A stretch of DNA of 37,466 nt. Source: an uncultured bacterium. GTDB lineage: Bacteria; Planctomycetota; UBA8108. Positions 17,478 to 26,486 of the stretch are shown here, piece after piece (the stretch's first letter is position 1; the number at the start of each line of letters is the position of its first letter). Made by a program: the position numbers and the translations under genes. The DNA is taken from NCBI GenBank assembly GCA_913042995.1, contig CAJWMA010000001.1, positions 1 to 37,466 on the forward strand, read 5' to 3'. Under the pieces are notes generated by a model. The model was given only the letters and a program-made list of their open reading frames with translations. It was not told where the DNA came from and did no database searches.

Positions 17478-18245
17478 TTGAAGCTCAGGACCCTCGCGAT
17501 TCCAATTCGTTGCGTCGACTATAGCAACACCAGCCAGATCGTCTCGATGTTCAGCCGGGAGGAAGGCCTTCTCGAGGGGATTGCCAAGGGCGCCCATCGT
17601 CCGAAGAACTCCTTCCAGGGACCTTTCGACCTGGCCGTCGTCTACGACGTCTCCTATCTGAAGAGAGGCACTCCAGGCCTGTCGATTCTCGCCGAGGCCG
17701 AGGTGGTCGATGGCTGGCGGGGAATCAGAACCTGCTGGATGAGACATATTCTGGCCAGCCAGCTGGTCGAGTTTTTGCGCGGGGTGAGCCTTCCCGCCGA
17801 CCGGACTCCAAAGTTGTTTGACCTGGCGGCCAGGACCCTGACTCATTTTTCAGGCGCCTCGCTCGACAGCTTGCCCTGGTATATGCTGCATTTTGAGATT
17901 CGAGCCCTGCACCTGCTCGGCTTTCTTGGCGGGGTCGATTCCTGCGCGGTTTGCGGGCTCCCCTGGCCAGGCGGTCGTCGTTCAGCCTATTACAACTCGT
18001 TGGCGGGAGGATTGGTCTGCCGCGGTTGCAACCACGAGGCCGACACTCCTCCAGGGGGCGCGATCACCCTGCCAGGCAGCGGGGTACGGCTTCTGAAGGA
18101 CCTCTCGGAGATGCCGGCGCCGCCTGAATCCAATGGTGTAGAGAAAAAAAACCTCAGGCAGGTGCATACCTGCCTTGTTCACAGCTTTACCACGGTGTTG
18201 GAACGACCGCTCAAGATGTTAAGATATCAGGCCAGCTGGCTGTAG
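17478..18245 (+). CDS. recO: DNA repair protein RecO
   Basis: OB-fold N-terminus IPIRCVDYSNTSQIVSMFSREEGLLEGIAKGAHRPKNSF. Cys4 zinc motif C-AVC-G...CRGC (SCAVCGLPW...GLVCRGCNH). Length is about 255 aa. TTG start. Confidence 0.8.
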   Translation: MKLRTLAIPIRCVDYSNTSQIVSMFSREEGLLEGIAKGAHRPKNSFQGPFDLAVVYDVSYLKRGTPGLSILAEAEVVDGWRGIRTCWMRHILASQLVEFLRGVSLPADRTPKLFDLAARTLTHFSGASLDSLPWYMLHFEIRALHLLGFLGGVDSCAVCGLPWPGGRRSAYYNSLAGGLVCRGCNHEADTPPGGAITLPGSGVRLLKDLSEMPAPPESNGVEKKNLRQVHTCLVHSFTTVLERPLKMLRYQASWL

Positions 18246-18290
18246 TGCCGCCGGCCTTGTGTTTTTGATCCCTTTTCAGGAAGGCCTTCG

Positions 18291-19313
18291 ATGATTGCTC
18301 CAGGTCGAACTCTGCCGGGTCTGCTCTGCGTGTTGCTGGTATTTGGTTGTGCTGGCTCGGAGATACCCGAGTCATCTGAAGTTGCGAGGATTCACGGCGG
18401 CGGGACCGGCACGACCTGGTCCGCGGATGGAGGTTGGCTTCTTGCGGAAAAGGGAAAGTGGGGTGCCGCTGGAAGTTTACGTCTAGAGGCTCTGAAAGCT
18501 TTCGAGGCGGCAGCCTATGCTGACGCCCTGGAGGCCCTGCTGGTTCTCTACAATTCCTCCGGGACCGCTGAGATGCGCGATCTGAGCTACTATCTCGGTG
18601 AGAGCCTCTACCAGTTGGGCCGGTACGAGGAATCCATCGAGTACCTCAAGAAGGTCTACAAGGCGGACTTCCCTTCGCCGGAGCTGATCGACAAGTCCAG
18701 GAGGAGGGTCTTCGAGATCGCCCTGGCCTACCTGCGGGGCAGAAAGACCAAGGATGTCCTGTGGGTCTTCAATGTCCAGTCGCCGGAATACGGGATCGAT
18801 CTCCTGCTCGATCCGGCCGAAGGCCTCATCACCGACAATCCCTATCTCTCGTTTGCTGACGATGCCAAGGTCGAGGTGGCTAATTACTATTTCGACCAGG
18901 GACAGTATGCCGAGTCGGTTCCGCTCTACGACAGCATCCTGGCGATGACCGACAAGGAATGGAAGGAGCTGGCATCATTCCAGGGAGCCCTGGCGGAATA
19001 TTTCCAGGTGCGCGGCGCGGTGTACGATGAGAACAAGCTCCTGGAGGCTCGCAGGAGGTTTAGAGCCTATCTGCAGCAATACCCCCGGGGCGAATATGTA
19101 GACGTGGTCAGGGGGAAGCTCAGCGAGATCAACGAGATGGAAGGGGAGAAGAATCTTGATATCGCCAGGTTCTATCTGAGGGAGGACGAGCTGAGGGCCT
19201 GTGACATCTATCTCAGACTAGTTCTCGACAGGTACCCCAATACTCTTGCCGCCCGGGATGCCAGGGAATTACGCAAGCGCCTCGAGGATACGGAAGAAAC
19301 GGGGCTCCGGTGA
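18291..19313 (+). CDS. bamD: BamD-like outer-membrane assembly lipoprotein (TPR)
   Basis: Lipobox-like signal LLCVLLVFGCAGS. TPR-like helices. C-terminal pattern ARRRFRAYLQQYPRGEYVDV...EKNLDIARFYLREDELRACDIYLRLVLDRYPNTLAARDA mirrors the BamD/YfiO signature (x-YP-x-S/T-x-Y, A-x-FY). Confidence 0.6.
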   Translation: MIAPGRTLPGLLCVLLVFGCAGSEIPESSEVARIHGGGTGTTWSADGGWLLAEKGKWGAAGSLRLEALKAFEAAAYADALEALLVLYNSSGTAEMRDLSYYLGESLYQLGRYEESIEYLKKVYKADFPSPELIDKSRRRVFEIALAYLRGRKTKDVLWVFNVQSPEYGIDLLLDPAEGLITDNPYLSFADDAKVEVANYYFDQGQYAESVPLYDSILAMTDKEWKELASFQGALAEYFQVRGAVYDENKLLEARRRFRAYLQQYPRGEYVDVVRGKLSEINEMEGEKNLDIARFYLREDELRACDIYLRLVLDRYPNTLAARDARELRKRLEDTEETGLR

Positions 19314-19807
19314 CCAGGATTCAAGTGACCACCCTGCTGTTGTTTTGCGTCTTGCTGCCTCCAACCTGGGGGTGTGGATACAGGCTTGGTGTTCAGGCTC
19401 CTCCGGGGGTCTATCGCATCGCAGTTCCGACATTTACGAATCAGACCTTTCCCCTGCGTCGGGATATCGACACCGAGTTGACCTCCTCCCTGCGGCGGGA
19501 GATCCAGGGACGGACGGCCCTGCGGCTGGTGGCTGACGGTGACTCCGACATGACCGTTTATGGCTGGGTCAGGGAATTCCGGGAAAGGGTGCTCGCCGAG
19601 GGAGAGCTTGACGAGAAGCTCGAGTCGATGGTTTCGATTCGTATCGATCTGAGGATCGAAGACTACGTCAACGGGACGGTCAGGGAGGAGACAGTGGTCG
19701 AGAACCAGCCGCTCTCGACATCCAGGGGGGAGAGCATCGATGCCGCCCGGGGGCGGGCGGTTGACAATCTTGCTGAGAAAATTCTTTTGAAGGTGGAGTC
19801 CTGGTAA
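19310..19807 (+). CDS. lptE: LptE-like LPS-assembly lipoprotein
   Basis: The GTG start overlaps the bamD-like stop (GTGA 19310-19313). Signal sequence plus Cys followed by GYRL (LLPPTWGCGYRLG) resembles the CGF/Y-x-LR N-terminus of LptE. Size is about 165 aa. Call is motif-level only. Confidence 0.5.
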   Translation: MTRIQVTTLLLFCVLLPPTWGCGYRLGVQAPPGVYRIAVPTFTNQTFPLRRDIDTELTSSLRREIQGRTALRLVADGDSDMTVYGWVREFRERVLAEGELDEKLESMVSIRIDLRIEDYVNGTVREETVVENQPLSTSRGESIDAARGRAVDNLAEKILLKVESW

Positions 19808-19811
19808 TTCC

Positions 19812-20762
19812 ATGGCAGGCAGAATGGATCACATGATTGGTGAATCCGGAGGATTTGAGCTGGAGCTCCCGCGCGGCGGCAGCTGGAAGATAGGCTCTCG
19901 TCCCGCCTTGATGGGCATCCTGAACTGCACCCCGGATTCCTTCTCCGATGGAGGCCAGTACGCCTGCTCGGAGGCGGCGGTTAATGCGGCCTGCGGGATG
20001 GTTGAGGCTGGAGCGGACATCGTGGATATCGGCGGCGAATCAACTCGACCCGGCGCCGATCCCGTCTCAGTGGATGAACAGCTCGCCCGGGTGATCCCGG
20101 TGATCCGGGACCTTCGCCGGCGTTCCGATGTCCTTGTCTCCATCGACACTCGCGACCCGCGGGTAGGCCGTGCGGCCCTTGAGGCGGGAGCCGATATCGT
20201 CAACGATGTCAGCGCCTGCGATGATCCGGGCTGGGTGCGTGTTCTCACGGAGCATTCTTGCCCGGTGATTCTCATGCATATGCGGGGAACCCCCGCCAGC
20301 ATGCAGGAAAACACCAATTATCCTGGAGGGGTTCTGAATGAGATCTGCGAATTCCTCGAGGACAGGATCGAGTCCCTGGCCGCCGCCGGCATCTCCCGGG
20401 AGAGAATGATAGTTGATCCGGGGATAGGTTTTGCCAAGGAGGCCGGGCAGAACATGGAAATCCTGGCAGGTCTGCGCCAGCTGAGCGGCCTTGGCCGGCC
20501 GGTCCTTTTTGGCGCCTCGAGAAAATTCTTTCTTGGGAATATTCTCGGTGATGCAAGCAGCCGCGGCCGCGATCCCATCGAGAGGGACATCGCGACCGTC
20601 GCGGCCAATATGGCCGCCGTGTTGCAGGGAGCTTCTATCCTGCGTGTTCACAATGTCCCCTATACACGTGACCTGCTGGATGTCGCCGAGGCTCTGCGGC
20701 TGGCGGCAGAACAGGGTCTCGCGCTGGATGCCCTGCAGGGATCGGGCGGGGGAGGTGCCTGA
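19812..20762 (+). CDS. folP: Dihydropteroate synthase
   Basis: Motifs: LMGILNCTPDSFSDGG, DIVDIGGESTRPGA, ISIDT, DIVNDVS, DPGIGFAK, SRKFFLG, ILRVHNV. Confidence 0.9.
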   Translation: MAGRMDHMIGESGGFELELPRGGSWKIGSRPALMGILNCTPDSFSDGGQYACSEAAVNAACGMVEAGADIVDIGGESTRPGADPVSVDEQLARVIPVIRDLRRRSDVLVSIDTRDPRVGRAALEAGADIVNDVSACDDPGWVRVLTEHSCPVILMHMRGTPASMQENTNYPGGVLNEICEFLEDRIESLAAAGISRERMIVDPGIGFAKEAGQNMEILAGLRQLSGLGRPVLFGASRKFFLGNILGDASSRGRDPIERDIATVAANMAAVLQGASILRVHNVPYTRDLLDVAEALRLAAEQGLALDALQGSGGGGA

Positions 20763-21617
20763 GTGCAGGATTTATTCACAACCCTGTGGAGCGTGGTCAA
20801 CTGGATCAGCCTGGAGTATCTCGTAGAGATCTTTGTGATCTTCCTGGTCATCTACGCTTTCCTGCGGTTCATGGAGGGGACCAGGGGCGAAGGAATTCTG
20901 AAGGGTATAGCCCTGCTGATGCTGACCTTTCCGATCCTCCTGGCGATCATTGCCGAGCGGCTCAATGTCATGGATCGCCTGCTGGTTATCATCAGGTTTT
21001 TCGGCGCCGCGGCGATTCCAGCCATCGTGATCGTAGTCCAGCCCGAGCTGCGGAGAGCCCTCGTCCGGCTTGGGCAGACCCGGCTGCTGGGAGTCTTTCT
21101 GAAGCGGGAGACCGAAGGGGTTGTTGAGGAAATCGTCAGGGCCGCTTTCCGGATGTCTCGCAGGAAGATTGGCGCCTTGATTGCTATTGAGAGAGATGTG
21201 GGGTTGAAGAACTACATCGAGCACGGGACCCAGATCGATTCGGTCGTCAGCAGCGGTCTGCTTTCCACTATTTTTTTTCCGGGCTCCGATCTGCATGATG
21301 GGGCCGTGGTGATTCGCGAGGACCGTGTCGCGGCCGCCGGTTGCCTCTTTCCTTTGAGTGATACTCCCGGGCTGGGTAAAGTCATGGGCACGAGGCACCG
21401 AGCGGGACTCGGGGTGAGTGAAGAGACCGATGCCATTGTCATTATTGTCTCCGAGGAGACGGGCGGCGTTTCCTTTGCCAGTAGAGGGCAGTTGGAGAAG
21501 GTCGATGCGGAGAGGCTGCGTGAGCTGCTGCTGCGGCATTTCGTTGAATTAGAAGAGCCTGATGAACTGTCCGATGTCGAGACGGTTCAGGACGGCACCG
21601 GCTCCAGGGTACGATAG
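20763..21617 (+). CDS. cdaA: Membrane-bound diadenylate cyclase CdaA (DisA_N/DAC domain)
   Basis: GTG start lies immediately after the folP stop (TGAGTG 20760-20765). Three N-terminal TM helices. DAC motifs: GALIAIERD, DGA (HDGAVVI; gat ggg gcc at 21297-21305), RHR (GTRHRAG; 21393-21401), IVIIVSEETGGVS. Confidence 0.9.
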   Translation: MQDLFTTLWSVVNWISLEYLVEIFVIFLVIYAFLRFMEGTRGEGILKGIALLMLTFPILLAIIAERLNVMDRLLVIIRFFGAAAIPAIVIVVQPELRRALVRLGQTRLLGVFLKRETEGVVEEIVRAAFRMSRRKIGALIAIERDVGLKNYIEHGTQIDSVVSSGLLSTIFFPGSDLHDGAVVIREDRVAAAGCLFPLSDTPGLGKVMGTRHRAGLGVSEETDAIVIIVSEETGGVSFASRGQLEKVDAERLRELLLRHFVELEEPDELSDVETVQDGTGSRVR

Positions 21618-21619
21618 TC

Positions 21620-22741
21620 ATGTGGCTTAAGAATCTCTTCCTGGCAAATTGGCGAACCAAGGCGATCGCGTTGTTTTTTTCCGTCAGCATCTGGTTCGTG
21701 GCCTACCAGTCTGAGGCGCAGCGATCGACCCTGAAGTACAGGGTACGTTTCGAGCCGCGGGAGCCTGGAAAGATGGCCATCGTGGGGTTTCGAAGGCCAG
21801 GTCAGACCGTGAGCTTGTTTCCGCCAAGCGGGGAGCTGGAGGTCGAGGTGACCATCGAGGGGCCGCGTGAACAGGTTGATGAGATCAGGGCCGGGAACAG
21901 CGTCAATAGATTCGTCATCCAGGTTGAGAAAGATGATTCGACTCACGAGTTCAAGCAGGATGATTTCGGGTTTCCCCGGGATGGAGTCTCGGCCAGCAAT
22001 TTTCAACCGAAGCGCTTCCTGATAGAGCAGAGCGTCATCGAGGAACGAACGATATCCGCCCTGAAAAGTATCGTCGAGGTTCCGAACAAGAAAAGTGATG
22101 ACAAGGTCAATATCGAGGTCGATGGCCCCGAGGGCGGGCTCAGGATCAGGGGGCCGGTTTCGGTTCTGGACGAAGTTGGAGTCAAGGTCACGGTTCCGAT
22201 GAACTTTCAGGGCAGGGCGGATGGGCTCTTTGATCTGCGGATTCAGCCTGATACGGAGAAGGTGAAGCAAACAGTCCAGATATATAAAAACTTTGATCTG
22301 GGACCTGGTGTGCAGGCCGAGTGGGTCTGGTTTACTGACCCGGTAAGGATTCATGTAAGCGCTGTCCTGGAGGAGCGCCTGGACATGTTTTCAGTCGATC
22401 GCGCCAGGCTTCTCTTTCAGCTGCCGCTGCTCCAGGCCCCCTGCAGGGTTACACTGAAAGATGTGCCCCTGGGCACAGAGACGATTCCTGTTGCTTTCGA
22501 GGGCTCTCGAGAGCAGGTCCAGCAAATTCGAGATCTTCCCGAGATCACCCTCATCGTTCCTCCTCCGGCTGAGTTCGACGCTGAGAAGGGGGGCACCTTC
22601 AATTTTATCGAGTCGGATCTCAAGGTGAAGGGCTTCCCTGGAGTGAATGTTCTCCAGCACGAGAGCAGGAAAGAGCAGCAGGCTTCTTTCTGGTCCTACG
22701 AAATCAAGATGCTCGGTGAAAATGAGAGCAAGAAAGAGTAG
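21620..22741 (+). CDS. cdaR: CdaR / YbbR-domain regulator of CdaA
   Basis: ATG lies 3 nt after the cdaA stop. The N-terminal anchor WLKNLFLANWRTKAIALFFSVSIWFVAY is typical of YbbR-like proteins. The rest is repetitive and beta-rich. Its position between cdaA and glmM matches the conserved cdaA-cdaR-glmM arrangement. Confidence 0.7.
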   Translation: MWLKNLFLANWRTKAIALFFSVSIWFVAYQSEAQRSTLKYRVRFEPREPGKMAIVGFRRPGQTVSLFPPSGELEVEVTIEGPREQVDEIRAGNSVNRFVIQVEKDDSTHEFKQDDFGFPRDGVSASNFQPKRFLIEQSVIEERTISALKSIVEVPNKKSDDKVNIEVDGPEGGLRIRGPVSVLDEVGVKVTVPMNFQGRADGLFDLRIQPDTEKVKQTVQIYKNFDLGPGVQAEWVWFTDPVRIHVSAVLEERLDMFSVDRARLLFQLPLLQAPCRVTLKDVPLGTETIPVAFEGSREQVQQIRDLPEITLIVPPPAEFDAEKGGTFNFIESDLKVKGFPGVNVLQHESRKEQQASFWSYEIKMLGENESKKE

Positions 22742-22761
22742 AGACAGGTGAGGAGAAAGAA

Positions 22762-24129
22762 GTGAGCATCTTCGGAACCGACGGAGTGCGGGGCCGGGCC
22801 GGCGAGGGTCTTCTCGCGGCGGATTCCGTCGCGAAAATATCTTCGGCCCTGGCTTCCGTTCTGCAGGAACGAGAGAATTTTTCAGCCGATGTTGATTCAG
22901 CCCGCGGTCGGGCTGTCTATATCGGCCGCGATACCAGGGCCTCAGGCCCCGACCTGCTGGCCCAGCTTTCGGGCGGGCTGCTTGGCGCGGGCTTCGATGT
23001 CTGCGATCTCGGCGTACTGCCGACCCCGGGAATTGCCGAGGTGGCGCGATCAGCAGGGGAGTGCTGCCTGGCGATCGTTCTGTCGGCTTCACACAATCCC
23101 GCCGAGGACAATGGTATCAAGCTGCTCTCTTCTTCAGGAGCCAAGGTCTCCGATCGGTTTGAAGATGAGCTTTCCGCCAGATTTTCTGAAGGTGTGCCGC
23201 CTGCCGAGGCTGGCTCCAGTGGTGTGCGAGACCTGTCAGGCGAAGCGTCCAGGCTCTATGCCGAATACCTCGTATCGTGCTGTTCTGATGGGCTTGACGG
23301 TTTGAAGGTCTGTATCGATGCGGCCAACGGAGCCGCCAGCGGCATCGCGGCAGAGGTCTTCCTGAGCCTGGGGGCGGAGGTTCGTGCGATCGGTGACCAG
23401 CCGGATGGCAGGAATATCAACCTGGGCTGTGGAGCACTCTATCCGGGCGCCCTCGCGGCAGAGGTGAAAGAGGCGGGCTTTGACATAGGTTTCTGTTTTG
23501 ACGGAGATGCCGACCGGATGATCCCGGTCAGTGGAACTGGCGGAATCTTTGACGGAGATCTCGTTCTGGCCCTGGGCGGACGGCACTACCAGGCTGAGGG
23601 GAAGCTTCCCGGGAAGGCGGTTGTGGGTACTGTGATGTCCAACATCGGCCTGGCTCGATCTCTTGAAGATGCCGGCATCTCGCTCATCAGAGCCCAGGTC
23701 GGAGACCGGAATGTGTTCAAGGAGATGGTCGCGGGCGGGCACCCTGTTGGCGGCGAGCAGTCGGGGCATATTATCTTCAGGGACCACTCTTCTACTGGAG
23801 ACGGGATTCTCGCGGCGATCAAGTTGCTGCAGTTTCTTCAGGGCTACGAAATGAATCTCGATCGAGGGGCGGAGATCATGACTGCCTATCCCCAGGTTCT
23901 GAAGAATGTCAGGGTGCGGGATAAGGTCGAGCTTGAAACTGTGGAGCCGGTGCGGGAAATCGTTGCCGATGTCGAGCAGCGCCTGGGGGGCGAGGGCAGG
24001 GTCCTGTTGCGATATTCAGGTACCGAGCCGTTGCTGCGGGTTATGCTTGAGGGGCCGGAGCAGCAGCTGGTGGACCAACTCTGTGACGATATCTGCGGCG
24101 TGGTTGAGGACTCGCTTGGAGATCGATGA
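22762..24129 (+). CDS. glmM: Phosphoglucosamine mutase
   Basis: GTG start with GAGGAG upstream. Motifs: FGTDGVRG, catalytic loop SASHNPAEDNGIK, Mg site FDGDADR, GGEQSGH, RYSGTEPLLRVMLEG. Confidence 0.9.
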   Translation: MSIFGTDGVRGRAGEGLLAADSVAKISSALASVLQERENFSADVDSARGRAVYIGRDTRASGPDLLAQLSGGLLGAGFDVCDLGVLPTPGIAEVARSAGECCLAIVLSASHNPAEDNGIKLLSSSGAKVSDRFEDELSARFSEGVPPAEAGSSGVRDLSGEASRLYAEYLVSCCSDGLDGLKVCIDAANGAASGIAAEVFLSLGAEVRAIGDQPDGRNINLGCGALYPGALAAEVKEAGFDIGFCFDGDADRMIPVSGTGGIFDGDLVLALGGRHYQAEGKLPGKAVVGTVMSNIGLARSLEDAGISLIRAQVGDRNVFKEMVAGGHPVGGEQSGHIIFRDHSSTGDGILAAIKLLQFLQGYEMNLDRGAEIMTAYPQVLKNVRVRDKVELETVEPVREIVADVEQRLGGEGRVLLRYSGTEPLLRVMLEGPEQQLVDQLCDDICGVVEDSLGDR

Positions 24130-24190
24130 GAGCTCTCCCCGGGGCCGGGTGGCGGATTGTCAGGATCTGTTCGCGCGAACGCATCACTGA

Positions 24191-24219
24191 TGGACCTGCG
24201 TGGCGAGCCCCCCTATAAT
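24191..24219 (+). promoter_or_regulatory. Candidate sigma70-type promoter for dapA
   Basis: TGGACC (24191-24196), 17-nt spacer, perfect TATAAT (24214-24219), about 57 nt upstream of ATG 24276. Confidence 0.4.
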
Positions 24220-24275
24220 GCAGCGCTTGTGGCGGTGGGGGATTGGTAGCCTGTCGAATTTTCTGGAGACTGCGG

Positions 24276-25145
24276 ATGTTCAGCGGATCCTATGTAGCCC
24301 TTGTAACACCTTTCAAAGATGGAGAGGTTGATCTTGAACGACTAGGGGCTCTGGTCGATTTCCATATCGAGTCGGGAACGAACGGCCTGGTACCCTGCGG
24401 GACCACAGGAGAGTCCGCTACACTCTCCCACAAGGAACACGAACTGGTCATAGAGTTCGTTATCGAACGGGCGGCGGGAAGAGTCCCGGTTCTTGCCGGT
24501 ACCGGATCAAATTCAACCAGCGAGGCTGTCAGCCTGACTAAATCAGCCCAGGCGGCCGGCGCTGACGGGGCTCTCGTCATTACGCCTTATTACAACAAGC
24601 CTCCCCAGGAAGGGCTCTACAGCCATTTTGCCGCTATAGCTCATGAATGCGAGCTCCCCATTGTTCTCTACAATGTTCCCGGGCGCACCGGCATTGACCT
24701 GTTGCCGCAAACGGTAGGGCGTCTTGCCGCTATCGAGAATGTAGTCGCGGTCAAGGAGGCCAGCGGCTCGATTGATCGCACTGTGGAAATACTCGGTGAA
24801 TGTGACATTACCGTTTTGAGTGGAGATGACTCACTGACCTTGTCCCTGATGGCTGTCGGCGCCAGCGGCGTGATTTCCGTTGCCGCCAACGTGGTTCCGG
24901 CTCAAATGGCTGAGCTGGTCCAGCTTGCCTCGGCCGGAGAGATCGCCTCCGCCAGCAGGCTGCATCATCAACTCTATCCGCTCATGAAGGCGCTCTTTGT
25001 CGAGACGAGTCCGATCCCTGTTAAGGCCTGCCTGGAGATGCAGGGGCTTATCGGAGGCGAGCTCCGCCTGCCTCTTGTGGGCGCCGAGGACGATACGCGG
25101 GCGTTGCTGCGCGGAATCCTTGAAGGCCTTGAAATCAGCGCCTGA
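24276..25145 (+). CDS. dapA: 4-hydroxy-tetrahydrodipicolinate synthase
   Basis: ATG 24276 (GGAG 7 nt upstream) gives the canonical MFSGSYVALVTPF N-terminus; the track's TTG at 24243 adds 11 atypical residues. Motifs: GTTGESATLS, YNVPGRTG, AVKEASG. Confidence 0.9.
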   Translation: MFSGSYVALVTPFKDGEVDLERLGALVDFHIESGTNGLVPCGTTGESATLSHKEHELVIEFVIERAAGRVPVLAGTGSNSTSEAVSLTKSAQAAGADGALVITPYYNKPPQEGLYSHFAAIAHECELPIVLYNVPGRTGIDLLPQTVGRLAAIENVVAVKEASGSIDRTVEILGECDITVLSGDDSLTLSLMAVGASGVISVAANVVPAQMAELVQLASAGEIASASRLHHQLYPLMKALFVETSPIPVKACLEMQGLIGGELRLPLVGAEDDTRALLRGILEGLEISA

Positions 25146-25164
25146 GGGGCATTTGGCAGATCGA

Positions 25165-26223
25165 TCAGCTTTTCCCGTCTTCGGTTTTCCGGTCTCCTGC
25201 TTTCCGGTCTCCGGGGAAGAAGATCTTTCGCTCGAGATGCGGCTTGTAGTCGCTCCACTGGCCGTCGCCCTTGTCGGCCCCCGGCCGTTCTCCATTGAGG
25301 TTGTCTTCGATTGAGTCGAGGGTAGCCATCTTGGAATCCAGGTTGTCCATGTAGTGAAAGGCAATCGCTTCAGGCGTCATGGGGCGTTTGAGAGCGCCGT
25401 ATTCAAGCAGGCCATGATGGCTCGCGATGATGTGTTGGAGCTGGAGCAGGAGATCTTCCGGGAAGCCGGGGATTGAGTCAGCTTTTTCTTTCACCATGAG
25501 GAGTCCGATTCCAATATGCCCGATGAGCTGCCCCTCGTCGGTGTAGCTGAAATTTTTGCGAAAGGATAGCTCTCTGCATTTTCCGATGTCGTGAAGGATG
25601 CAGCCGGCCAGCAGGAGGTCGAGGTTGAGCTTCTGATAGCGGCCGGCTATGCCCCGGGCAAGCTCACAGAGGGAGAGCGTATGTTCCAGGAGTCCGCCGA
25701 TGTAGGCATGGTGAAGGCTCTTTCCCGCAGGGCAATGGCTCAGGGCGAAGAGGAGATCTTGGTCCCCGAGGAAGGACTCGAGCAGACTCTTCAGGTTTTC
25801 GTCTCCCATCGAATGAACGACGCTCTGTAGCTCTTCGAGCATCTCGTCTTTTCCTCTCTCGGAAACAGGGAGGAAGTCTTCGTACAGGATGTCTTGTGGA
25901 TCCAGCCGGGTGATAGAATCGACAATGAGTTGGCGATTGTTCTGGAATTCCTCCACCCGTCCGTTGACCAGGACAAAGTCGTCAATAGAGAAGGAATTGT
26001 AGATGGCTTGATCGGCATCCCACCTGATGGCCCTGATCGACCCGGTCTTGTCCCTGAGATTCATCTGGATGAAATACTTCTGGTTGCGGGTCTGCTTGAA
26101 GTTGGAGCTTTCGACAAGGTAGGTTCCCTCTGTGACCCTGTCACCTTTTCTAAGAGCCTGGATCCACTGCGTGGAGCCAGCCCCAGGGCTGCTGTCTGGA
26201 TTGTCGTTGGGAACTGTAGTCAT
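25165..26223 (-). CDS. YhaM-like 3'-5' exoribonuclease (OB-fold + HD domain)
   Basis: N-terminal OB fold: YFIQMNLRDKTGSIRAIRWDA...DFVLVNGRVEEFQNNRQLIV. HD domain: GGLLEHTLS, CILHDIGK, GHIGIG, IIASHHG. Convergent with dapA, with a 19-nt gap. Confidence 0.75.
   Translation of the reverse strand: MTTVPNDNPDSSPGAGSTQWIQALRKGDRVTEGTYLVESSNFKQTRNQKYFIQMNLRDKTGSIRAIRWDADQAIYNSFSIDDFVLVNGRVEEFQNNRQLIVDSITRLDPQDILYEDFLPVSERGKDEMLEELQSVVHSMGDENLKSLLESFLGDQDLLFALSHCPAGKSLHHAYIGGLLEHTLSLCELARGIAGRYQKLNLDLLLAGCILHDIGKCRELSFRKNFSYTDEGQLIGHIGIGLLMVKEKADSIPGFPEDLLLQLQHIIASHHGLLEYGALKRPMTPEAIAFHYMDNLDSKMATLDSIEDNLNGERPGADKGDGQWSDYKPHLERKIFFPGDRKAGDRKTEDGKS
25186..25212. repeat. Tandem duplication TTTCCGGTCTCC(tgc)TTTCCGGTCTCC in the 3' end of the YhaM-like gene
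   Basis: The 12-mer occurs at 25186-25197 and again at 25201-25212, giving an in-frame 15-nt period. On the minus strand it encodes GDRK-A-GDRK in the C-terminal tail. Confidence 0.8.
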
Positions 26224-26316
26224 AGTCGGGGTATATTAATCGCCGATTCCAAGCCCGCAACCCCTTTTATTGAACATAACTTAACCTCTTCCTCAGTAAA
26301 GGTTTACGAAGTTTAC

Positions 26317-26346
26317 TTGTTGCCGGTCATGTAATCGAGTTACAAT
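26317..26346 (+). promoter_or_regulatory. Candidate sigma70-type promoter for the 26487 gene
   Basis: TTGTTG (26317-26322), 18-nt spacer, TACAAT (26341-26346). Located in the AT-richer divergent gap. Assumes E. coli-like consensus, which is unverified for this organism. Confidence 0.3.
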
Positions 26347-26445
26347 CTCACTTCGCAGGTGTGCCGCGAACAAGCCTGGCTTACCGCAGGTTCGTTTTTC
26401 TGCGTTTTCAAACCGGGGGGCGGGCGGCTTGCGGAATCATCGGAT

Positions 26446-26460
26446 TGAAGTGAAGTGAAG
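26446..26460 (+). repeat. (TGAAG)x3 pentanucleotide tandem repeat in the 5' leader
   Basis: Read directly as tgaag tgaag tgaag, ending 26 nt before ATG 26487. Confidence 0.85.
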
Positions 26461-26486
26461 AGCCTTTTCAAGGCGATAAGCAAGAA

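Noticed and set aside
24169-24180. The GTTCGCGCGAAC 12-nt palindrome downstream of glmM, considered as a terminator or operator.
   Set aside because: As RNA it would form a loopless hairpin, so it cannot be a terminator. It lies upstream of the candidate dapA -35 box with no second copy seen. There is insufficient evidence for any function.
26224-26486. A possible c-di-AMP (ydaO-type) riboswitch near the cdaA locus, and an FMN riboswitch ahead of ribD.
   Set aside because: I could not find the conserved ydaO core or its pseudo-symmetric helices by eye, and the downstream gene is not a transporter or osmoprotection gene. ribD abuts miaB with no leader at all. An Infernal/Rfam scan would settle the question.
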